A stretch of 64,000 nucleotides of DNA from Chlamydiota bacterium. Lineage in GTDB: Bacteria; Chlamydiota; Chlamydiia; Chlamydiales; JAAZZY01. Shown piece after piece: positions 54,772 through 62,236 of this stretch; within the stretch, counting starts at the first letter, position 1; each line of letters opens with the position of its first letter. The notes beneath the pieces are model-generated. The model worked only from the letters and a program-made list of their open reading frames with translations. It ran no database searches and had not been told where the DNA came from. The stretch lies in NCBI GenBank assembly GCA_022601335.1, contig JAJACV010000053.1, forward strand, positions 6,293 through 70,292, given 5' to 3'. Position numbers and translations under genes: made by a program.

Positions 54772-55502
54772 AAATAGCTTTGATTGGATATGGAAAAATG
54801 GGAAAGCAGATAGAACTTCTAGCGCCGCTGTTTCATTCAGAAGTTGTGCTTCGTTTAACATCTCAAGCAACTGAGAATGACTGGAAACTTGTAGAAAATG
54901 TAGATGTTTGTATTGACTTTAGCACACCTCAATCAGTCTTAGAAAATATTAAGAAAGTAGCAAAATTTCACAAACCAATGGTTGTAGGTACGACGGGATG
55001 GAATTCTCATCTCTCAATGGTTCAAAAGCTTGTTGAAACTAAAAATATAGGCCTAATTTATGCAGCAAACTTTTCTATAGGATTGAATTTATTTTTAAAA
55101 ATAGTAGAAAAAGCTGCCGTTTTAATGAATCCTTGTGAAGAATTTGATATAGCAATTTCAGAGGTGCATCATAAAGAAAAATTAGATGCTCCATCAGGCA
55201 CCGCTTTGATGCTCGGTGATGCCATATTAAATCGAGTTCATCGAAAAACCTCTCTTTCTGTACAAACCTCAGAAAAATTGAGCAAAAAAGATCTCTCTAT
55301 TTGTTCACAAAGAGTCGGGTTTGAGAGGGGAACTCATAGCGTGACTATTGATTCTGAAAATGAAACTATAACACTCGCTCATCAAGTGAGAGATCGCTCC
55401 GTTTGGGCAAAAGGTGCTCTTAAAGCTGCCCAGTGGATAATAGATAGAAGAGGAATCTATACTTTAAATGACATGTTGGAGGTGCCTTGTGTCTTATCCT
55501 AG
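54768..55502 (+). CDS. dapB: 4-hydroxy-tetrahydrodipicolinate reductase
   Basis: 244 aa. Contains IGYGKMG and EVHHKEKLDAPSGTA. Confidence 0.9.
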   Translation: MKIALIGYGKMGKQIELLAPLFHSEVVLRLTSQATENDWKLVENVDVCIDFSTPQSVLENIKKVAKFHKPMVVGTTGWNSHLSMVQKLVETKNIGLIYAANFSIGLNLFLKIVEKAAVLMNPCEEFDIAISEVHHKEKLDAPSGTALMLGDAILNRVHRKTSLSVQTSEKLSKKDLSICSQRVGFERGTHSVTIDSENETITLAHQVRDRSVWAKGALKAAQWIIDRRGIYTLNDMLEVPCVLS

Positions 55503-56394
55503 TTTAGTAACAGCAATGATTACTCCTTTTTATGAAGAAAAAGTTGATTTGGAGGGATTAGAAGAAAATATTAAATTTCAATTACAAGCTGGGATTGAAG
55601 GGCTTCTTTTTTTAGGAACAACAGGAGAATCACCTTCACTTACTAAAGTGGAAAAGAGGTCATTACTTGAATTAGCAAGAAAAACAGTTCCCGCAGATCG
55701 TAGCTTCTGGGTAGGAACAGGAACCTTTAATACAGAGACTACCATAGAAAGGACTTTTGAAGCTGAGCAATTAGGAGCTGATGTAGCACTTATTGTGACT
55801 CCTTATTATAACTGCCCCACTCAAGAGGGGATTTTAAAGCATTTTGAAGCCGTTGTAGAAAATACAACTATTCCAATCTGCCTTTATAATCACCCCAAAA
55901 GGTGTGGTGTAAATATTGAAATAGAGACCTTAAAAAAAATAGCTAAATTACCTAATATTATAGGAATAAAAGAAGTTTCAGGAGATTTAACTCAAATTTC
56001 TAGAATACAAAGTGAAATAGTTGACTCTTCAGAAAACTTTTCGATTTGGGCTGGTGATGATTTAGCTATACTTCCTCTGATGTCTTTAGGGGTGCATGGT
56101 CTAATATCAGTTGCAAGTAATCTACTTCCTAAAGAAATGTTTTCTCTACTCTCTCTTTTAACTCAAAATGACTTTTTAAAATCCAAGTCTCTCTACTATC
56201 GAATATTTCCACTCTTAAAGGCTCTTACAATAGAGACAAACCCTTTGCCCATTAAAGCGGCTATGAACTATTTAAACAGGCCTTCGGGCTCTTGTCGTTC
56301 ACCTCTGAGCTCCTTAAAAGAGGACAACTTGGAATCTCTAAAAAAAATTATTAATTCTGCAAATTTTGTAGAAAATGGAGTTATTTGTGGTTAA
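55489..56394 (+). CDS. dapA: 4-hydroxy-tetrahydrodipicolinate synthase
   Basis: Contains TPF, GTTGESPSL and the Schiff-base Lys region IIGIKEVSGD. I favour the GTG start at 55489, 6 nt after GGAGG. The track gives ATG 55468. Confidence 0.85.
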   Translation: MSYPSLVTAMITPFYEEKVDLEGLEENIKFQLQAGIEGLLFLGTTGESPSLTKVEKRSLLELARKTVPADRSFWVGTGTFNTETTIERTFEAEQLGADVALIVTPYYNCPTQEGILKHFEAVVENTTIPICLYNHPKRCGVNIEIETLKKIAKLPNIIGIKEVSGDLTQISRIQSEIVDSSENFSIWAGDDLAILPLMSLGVHGLISVASNLLPKEMFSLLSLLTQNDFLKSKSLYYRIFPLLKALTIETNPLPIKAAMNYLNRPSGSCRSPLSSLKEDNLESLKKIINSANFVENGVICG

Positions 56395-57601
56395 TAGAAA
56401 TAAAGATATAGCTGACTTGTCAGCTAACTATTTATTTAGAGAAATTACTCAAAGAAAAAATCAGTTTTTACAAAAAAATCCTGATGCAAAGCTGATCAAT
56501 TTAGGAATAGGTGATACGACGCAACCATTATCTAGCAGTGTCGTTGATTCCTTTATTAAAAAGGCTCATGCATTAAAAACTCCTGAGGGGTACCAGGGAT
56601 ATGGTGATGATTTTGGTCTTTTAGAATTGAGAAAACAAATAGCTTCTAAGTTATATAACAACCGTGTTGATGAAGCAGATGTTTTTATTTCTGATGGGGC
56701 AAAATGTGACTTGGGACGTCTGCAATTACTTTTTGATAGAACTGCCCGTATCACAATACAAGATCCCTCTTATCCAGTGTACATAGATACAAGTCTCATC
56801 ACTGGAAAAAATGAAATAGTTTACATGTCTTGTAGCCCAGAGAATCACTTTTTTAAAAACCTAGATGAACTTCCAAGTACTGATTTAATCGCTATATGCT
56901 CTCCAAACAACCCAACAGGTGCTGTCTTATCTCACTCTCAATTAAAAAGTCTGGTAGATGAAGCTAAAAGACGAAAAAGTGTTATTCTATTCGACGCGGC
57001 TTATTCAAATTTTATACAAGATTCTTCCTGCCCTAGATCTATTTACGAAATTGAGGGAGCAAAAGAAGTCGCAATTGAAATTAATTCTTTTTCAAAATTA
57101 GCAGGGTTTACAGGTGTTCGACTTGGCTGGTCAGTGGTACCAAAAGAGCTTACCTTCAATGATGGAACATCCATTCAAAAAGATTGGATTAAAATTATCA
57201 CCACTTTTTTCAACGGAGCGTCAAATCTTGCACAACAGGGTGGGCTTGCCTGTTTAAGTAATGACGGCCTAATACATTCTAAAAATACAGCACTGTACTA
57301 CTTAGAAAATGCAGCTGCCTTGAAGCAAGTTTTTGAACAGAATGGCTATAAATGTTATGGAGGCGTTAATGCTCCCTATCTATGGATTGATCTAAAGGGT
57401 CAAAAATCCTGGGATGTTTTTGATCACTTTTTGACTTATGCTGGATTGATAACGACACCTGGTATTGGTTTCGGTCCATCAGGTGAAGGCTTCTTGAGAA
57501 TAAGTGCGTTTGCTCATAAAGAGTGCGTTGTTGAAGCCGTATCAAGATTTGAAAATATCTTTAAAAAAAATAAAAAAGAAGTTTATTTAACTAACTTTTA
57601 A
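56375..57601 (+). CDS. dapL: LL-diaminopimelate aminotransferase (DapL)
   Basis: 408 aa. Contains NYLFREI, LGIGDTTQPL, FISDGAKCDL, CSPNNPTG, the PLP-Lys region INSFSKLAGFTGVRLGW, and TPGIGFG. It closely resembles my recollection of chlamydial and plant DapL. Confidence 0.85.
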   Translation: MELFVVNRNKDIADLSANYLFREITQRKNQFLQKNPDAKLINLGIGDTTQPLSSSVVDSFIKKAHALKTPEGYQGYGDDFGLLELRKQIASKLYNNRVDEADVFISDGAKCDLGRLQLLFDRTARITIQDPSYPVYIDTSLITGKNEIVYMSCSPENHFFKNLDELPSTDLIAICSPNNPTGAVLSHSQLKSLVDEAKRRKSVILFDAAYSNFIQDSSCPRSIYEIEGAKEVAIEINSFSKLAGFTGVRLGWSVVPKELTFNDGTSIQKDWIKIITTFFNGASNLAQQGGLACLSNDGLIHSKNTALYYLENAAALKQVFEQNGYKCYGGVNAPYLWIDLKGQKSWDVFDHFLTYAGLITTPGIGFGPSGEGFLRISAFAHKECVVEAVSRFENIFKKNKKEVYLTNF

Positions 57602-57713
57602 TAAAACAAATAAAATTCATTTTTTCTTGTTGATTTATATTTCCAAATTTTGTTATGCTGCGCTCATCGTATAATTCGCGATTCTTCTTTTTAACTCACA
57701 CCCTTTTTGACTT

Positions 57714-58724
57714 ATGTACGAAAAAATGAACTTGAAAATCTGTAATGAAACTATTCATCCAGGAGAAAATCTTTCTCTAGCTATACGCTTGCCTGAGTTA
57801 TATTCCTGTTTGCCAGCTTATATGCCAGTTAAAATTTTTCGAGGAAAAGAGCCTGGTCCAACTCTACTTGTCTTTGCAGCTATAAACGGTGATGAAGTTA
57901 ATGGCACTGCCATTATTAATCAACTTACGAACCTAAAGAGGATCAAAAAAATCAAAGGAACTCTCATAGTCATTCCCGTTGTTAATATTTTTGGTATGGC
58001 AAACAAAAGCAAATTTCTTCCTGGAAATATAGCGTTAAGTGAAAATTTTCCAGGTGCTGAACATGGAACGCATGCAGATCGAATCGCACATCTATTTACT
58101 ACTGAATTTTTCGATCAAGCTGATTACTCTATTTCACTTGAAACAGGACCTTTAAATTACAGCTATTTGCCCGAAATTTCAATTCATTTAGATAAAGATG
58201 AAAACAAAAAATTGGCAAAAACATTTGGAGCGCCAGTCATCAATGAATCTACAGATGAAATTGGCTCTCTCGCCGCTTATGCCAAAAGAAATGGTAAACA
58301 GCTTTTAACTTATACCGGCGGAGAAAGCTCTAGGTTTGACTCAGCAGCTATTAGAACTGGTCTTAATGGAGTCTTAAATGTAATGACAGATCTAAAAATG
58401 ATTGAGCCCAATAAAATAACTTCTGAAAAAAAACCGGAAACCTTTTTCATGAAATCGTCACAATGGGTACGCAGTTCGCTCAGCGGTATAGCTATAAAAA
58501 AAATGAAGCTTGGTGCTCATGTAACGAAGAACAAAACGCTTTATACTATTCAGGATCCCTTTGGAAACTTTTCTCAACAAAAAGTGCAAAGTCCAGTTGA
58601 TGGGATTATCGTAGGGGTCAATAATATTCCTCTAGTAAAAGAAGGGGATGCCCTGTTTAAAATTGCAAAATTCCCAGACTCCGATGATCAGCTAAGTCGT
58701 TGGAATAAATTTATTGAAGAATAA
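57714..58724 (+). CDS. Succinylglutamate desuccinylase/aspartoacylase (AstE/AspA, M14-like) family protein
   Basis: 336 aa. Contains GPTLLVFAAINGDEVNG, a C-terminal hybrid-barrel-like VDGIIVGVNNIPLVKEGDALFKI, and typical family length. Confidence 0.65.
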   Translation: MYEKMNLKICNETIHPGENLSLAIRLPELYSCLPAYMPVKIFRGKEPGPTLLVFAAINGDEVNGTAIINQLTNLKRIKKIKGTLIVIPVVNIFGMANKSKFLPGNIALSENFPGAEHGTHADRIAHLFTTEFFDQADYSISLETGPLNYSYLPEISIHLDKDENKKLAKTFGAPVINESTDEIGSLAAYAKRNGKQLLTYTGGESSRFDSAAIRTGLNGVLNVMTDLKMIEPNKITSEKKPETFFMKSSQWVRSSLSGIAIKKMKLGAHVTKNKTLYTIQDPFGNFSQQKVQSPVDGIIVGVNNIPLVKEGDALFKIAKFPDSDDQLSRWNKFIEE

Positions 58725-60010
58725 TGATTCAAAGACAAACAAGTAAAAAAATTTCTGCTTTAGGACTTATCGTATGGTCCTGCTGCCTTGTTTTCTATCT
58801 GTATGAGTTCTTTTTAAGAACTTTTGTAGGAACGGTTGCTAAAAGCATCATTGCCGATCTCTCTCTCTCCGCTGAGCAATTCGCTCTAATGGGGGCTGCT
58901 TACTACATTATTTATAGTTTCATGCAAATTCCAGTAGGTTACTTAACGGATCGCTATGGAGCTAAAAGAACGGTTATTTTTGCTATGACACTTTGCGCCA
59001 CCTCTTTGCTCATATTTGCAGTAGCAAATCATTTTTTATTAGGCCTTTTTGCTAGATTGTTGATGGGGTTAGGTTCTTCTTTTGGATTTGTCACTTTACT
59101 TGTTGTAATTACCAATTGGTTTCCTCCTTCAAGCTATGCAATGTTTATTGGAACCTCCCAATTTATAGGAACTCTAGGACCTTTACTTGCAGGAGGACCT
59201 TTAATTAGTGTATTGAAGGCTTCGGGTCTTACATGGCGATCCGTATTTATCCGTATTAGTTTTTTTGGTTTTGCTTTTGCAGCACTCATGTTTTTTCTGT
59301 TTAGAAATAAAAAACAAGCCCAATCAGATGATATCGTTGTTGTTGAGCGCCCCAAAAGGTTTTTAAATCAGCTTTTTAAGCTTTTTAAAAATAAGCAAGC
59401 ATGGCTGGTTGCCTTCTATTCAGCAGTTACGTATGAAGCAATTGATTTTTTAGGAGCTCTTTGGGGAACTTATTATTTGGAGGCTAGAGGCCTTCCTTTA
59501 GAATCAGCAGGCTATTCTATTTCACTGGGTTGGCTTGGGTTTGCGATTGGATGTCCGTTGACAACCCTTTTGTCAGGAAAAATAAAAAAAAGAAAGCCTG
59601 TCTTAATTTCTTGTAGCATTCTAGGACTACTCTCAACGATACTATTAAACTATTTTCATTTACCGTTGTGGTGCTATCCCATTATTCTATTTTGTATTGG
59701 AATAGCGGCTTCTTCTTTAAATCTAGCGATTGTTATTATGATTGAACATGTTGAAATATCCGTTAAAGCATTAGCTTTGGGTTTTAATAACGGTATTCTG
59801 GTTCTATTTGGTGCGATTGTTCCAATTGCGACAAGTTTTTTAATTAATCTTCCTAAAAATCAACCTGCAGTTCCCTCAGATTTTATAAGCGCTTTTACGG
59901 TCCTTCCTGCGATGTATGTGGCGAGCTGTATTCTCTCTATTTTTTTTATAAAAGAAACCTTTTGTAGACCTCAGAAAGGAGTCATTCACCTGCATCCTAA
60001 ACAGCTTTAA
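58724..60010 (+). CDS. MFS transporter (paralogue of 37979..39268)
   Basis: 428 aa with 12 TM helices. The start overlaps the upstream stop (TAATG). Confidence 0.8.
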   Translation: MIQRQTSKKISALGLIVWSCCLVFYLYEFFLRTFVGTVAKSIIADLSLSAEQFALMGAAYYIIYSFMQIPVGYLTDRYGAKRTVIFAMTLCATSLLIFAVANHFLLGLFARLLMGLGSSFGFVTLLVVITNWFPPSSYAMFIGTSQFIGTLGPLLAGGPLISVLKASGLTWRSVFIRISFFGFAFAALMFFLFRNKKQAQSDDIVVVERPKRFLNQLFKLFKNKQAWLVAFYSAVTYEAIDFLGALWGTYYLEARGLPLESAGYSISLGWLGFAIGCPLTTLLSGKIKKRKPVLISCSILGLLSTILLNYFHLPLWCYPIILFCIGIAASSLNLAIVIMIEHVEISVKALALGFNNGILVLFGAIVPIATSFLINLPKNQPAVPSDFISAFTVLPAMYVASCILSIFFIKETFCRPQKGVIHLHPKQL

Positions 60011-60214
60011 TAACGACTAAGCTGTATCCATCTGACAATGCATTTACACCTTCTTTTCTATATCTTTAAGAAAACAACTCTTACTCGACCCTAATCCTGC
60101 CTTGCCATAGTCAGAAATAACTCCAGATTCATACATCAATGTAAAAAAAAAATTAAAATAATTAATACATCATGTAGAGTCACAAAAATAACCAAACTTT
60201 AAAAAAAGGATATA

Positions 60215-60424
60215 ATGATGAATCGTTCAAAAGTTTTAGATTGTTTCTGTTCTATAATCTTAATTATTGGGGGCTTAAACTGGGCATTAGTTGGAATTTT
60301 CAATTTCAATTTTGTTAGTTGGATCTTTTCAGCAGCACCAATTTTTGCTAGAATTACCTATATTTTAGTCGGTCTAGCAGCACTTTGGCAACTAATTAGA
60401 TTTAAATGCACTAAAAATTGTTAA
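60215..60424 (+). CDS. DUF378-family small membrane protein
   Basis: 69 aa. Contains IIGGLNWALVGIFNFNFV. Confidence 0.75.
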   Translation: MMNRSKVLDCFCSIILIIGGLNWALVGIFNFNFVSWIFSAAPIFARITYILVGLAALWQLIRFKCTKNC

Positions 60425-60441
60425 ATGAATTAAGTAAGATT

Positions 60442-60478
60442 GAACCTGGTTCGATTCGAAACCAGGCTCTTTCTTTTA
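60442..60478 (+). terminator. Rho-independent terminator after the DUF378 gene
   Basis: GAACCTGGTT (60442-60451) pairs with AACCAGGCTC (60460-60469) with one mismatch and an 8-nt loop, followed by TTTCTTTT. Confidence 0.65.
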
Positions 60479-60541
60479 AAGTTTTGTATTTTTGATCTAA
60501 AAAGCTTGCTATCTAAACTTGTTTTAAGAATACTCTTCGCC

Positions 60542-60835
60542 ATGTTCAATATTTCAGCTTGCAATCAAACCAATCAGTCCTTTTTAGTAGACCCTAAACA
60601 AGTGAGTCTTTATTCAGCTTTGGGGGGATTCGGGGCAAACTATTTCTTAATGGCACGTTATAACGTTGAGTTTCAATTACGCGATATAGTAAGCACGACT
60701 CTGATTTGCTCATCGTTAGGAGCAATTGGAGGGTATTTTTCAGCACGGGCTTTTAATGTAATTGCAAATACCTCAAGCTTTCTATCTTGCGCTGTTCAGC
60801 AAGTATACAGCCAAGTATTCCCAGCCTCTGATTAA
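60542..60835 (+). CDS. Hypothetical small membrane protein
   Basis: ATG at 60542 (MFNISACNQ...) with two hydrophobic segments. The longer track ORF (from 60440) would read through the terminator hairpin. Confidence 0.45.
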   Translation: MFNISACNQTNQSFLVDPKQVSLYSALGGFGANYFLMARYNVEFQLRDIVSTTLICSSLGAIGGYFSARAFNVIANTSSFLSCAVQQVYSQVFPASD

Positions 60836-61012
60836 AATCTATAAAGGTTCTTTTTCTAATTTCGACAATTTTAGATTCCTCTACAGAGTTCTATTATAGG
60901 TTTCCAGTAAATTATTTGAGACAACAGTAATTAATATAAATCAAATTTGTGTACACTAAATAAAAAAAAAGAGAAACCTATAAACACTGCGTCGAGTTTT
61001 AAAATTACGTGA
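60803..61012 (+). repeat. Diverged direct repeat, copy 1 (gene 3' end plus downstream spacer)
   Basis: The ends are well conserved relative to 62076..62231. They are gtatacagccaagtattcccagcctctgattaa vs gtatatagcaagtattcccagcctctgactaa, and tcgagttttaaaattacgtga, which is identical in both. The A/T-rich interior is loosely similar. Confidence 0.6.
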
Positions 61013-61051
61013 TCATCGATATAATTCAGTAAACGAATTAATGGGATAACA

Positions 61052-61993
61052 ATGACAGTCATATTTTTTATAGCAGTTTTTGCATATGCAATTATTCCTC
61101 TTTATCTTATCTACAGAATCTATAAAAACTTTTCTACAAGTTATATTGATTTCTTAGCTACATGTCTGTGTTCTTTTTCATACCTTTTAGCAGTAAGTTT
61201 AATTGGTAATTGGTCGCTATTTCCATTTTCTTATTTAAAATATCCTTTGCTCATAGCCTTCTTTTTTGTTTCATACAAAAATTTTAAGAACGTGAAAAGA
61301 AAATGGATCTTAAAGCCCATCAAGCTAAAAAAAATAGGTAAATACTCCCTATTATTTTTTCTCTTCTCTTTATATTCATATCAATCTTTTCAAGCTTGCT
61401 TGGGATTTATTTCCCCTAAAAACACTATTGAATTAGCCTTTCCCCTTCAGGGGAAGAATTTTTGTGTCATTCATGGTGGCGCTCATGAGATTATTAACCA
61501 TCATCAAAATGTTTGCGCTCAAAAATACGCATTAGATATCACTAAAACAGATTGGCTAGGAAGGAGAGCAAAAGCTTGGGTTCCAAAACTGCTCGATGAT
61601 TTTTTTGTTTATGAATCTCAAGTGGTCAGTCCTTGTAATGGAAAAATAATAAAAGCCCTTGATTGTTTCCCTGACCAATCTCTCTTGGAAATGGATTGCG
61701 AAAATGTTTGTGGAAATCATATTGTTATTTTTTCAGAAAGCCATCAGGCTTATATTGTTTTAGCTCACCTAAAAAAAGATACTCTTTTGGTCAAAGTAGG
61801 GGATGAAGTAAAAAAAGAACAACCTCTAGCACTTGTTGGAAACTCTGGACACTCTAGCGAACCTCACTTACATATTCATTGTTCAAAATCAAACAATCAA
61901 GATTACCTTTATGATGGAGAGGGGATACCTATTCATTTTGATAAAAAATTCTTAGTTAGAAATCAAAGAGTTTCTACAAGTGAACATCAATAG
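61052..61993 (+). CDS. M23-family metallopeptidase with N-terminal TM helices
   Basis: 313 aa with about four TM helices, then the C-terminal LytM domain (HIVIF...VLAHL ... GNSGHSSEPHLHIH). Confidence 0.8.
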   Translation: MTVIFFIAVFAYAIIPLYLIYRIYKNFSTSYIDFLATCLCSFSYLLAVSLIGNWSLFPFSYLKYPLLIAFFFVSYKNFKNVKRKWILKPIKLKKIGKYSLLFFLFSLYSYQSFQACLGFISPKNTIELAFPLQGKNFCVIHGGAHEIINHHQNVCAQKYALDITKTDWLGRRAKAWVPKLLDDFFVYESQVVSPCNGKIIKALDCFPDQSLLEMDCENVCGNHIVIFSESHQAYIVLAHLKKDTLLVKVGDEVKKEQPLALVGNSGHSSEPHLHIHCSKSNNQDYLYDGEGIPIHFDKKFLVRNQRVSTSEHQ

Positions 61994-62075
61994 GTGTTAG
62001 GTGAAAACCTTTTGAATTATATAATTGATATTAAATAGGATGCGTGCACTTTTTTCCCATTGGACTTCAAGCCCC

Positions 62076-62231
62076 GTATATAGCAAGTATTCCCAGCCTC
62101 TGACTAATATCGATATATAATTTCAACAAACTATTTACGAAAAAACAAAGTAATAAAAAATCAATTTTATATAGACAAAATAAAACTAAGAGAAATATAT
62201 AAAAAAAGCATCGAGTTTTAAAATTACGTGA
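62076..62231 (+). repeat. Diverged direct repeat, copy 2 (includes a remnant of the 3' end of gene 60542..60835)
   Basis: See 60803..61012. It ends 6 nt before the autotransporter ATG. Confidence 0.6.
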
Positions 62232-62236
62232 CTGTT

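Noticed and set aside
60442-60478. tRNA-like GGTTCGATTCGAA (T-arm-like) sequence.
   Set aside because: Only a single hairpin followed by a T-run is present. There are no acceptor, D or anticodon arms. It fits a terminator directly after the DUF378 gene.
60440-60541. N-terminal 34-codon extension of the track ORF 60440..60835.
   Set aside because: It starts at a non-ATG codon and would be translated through the terminator hairpin. The internal ATG at 60542 is the more credible start.
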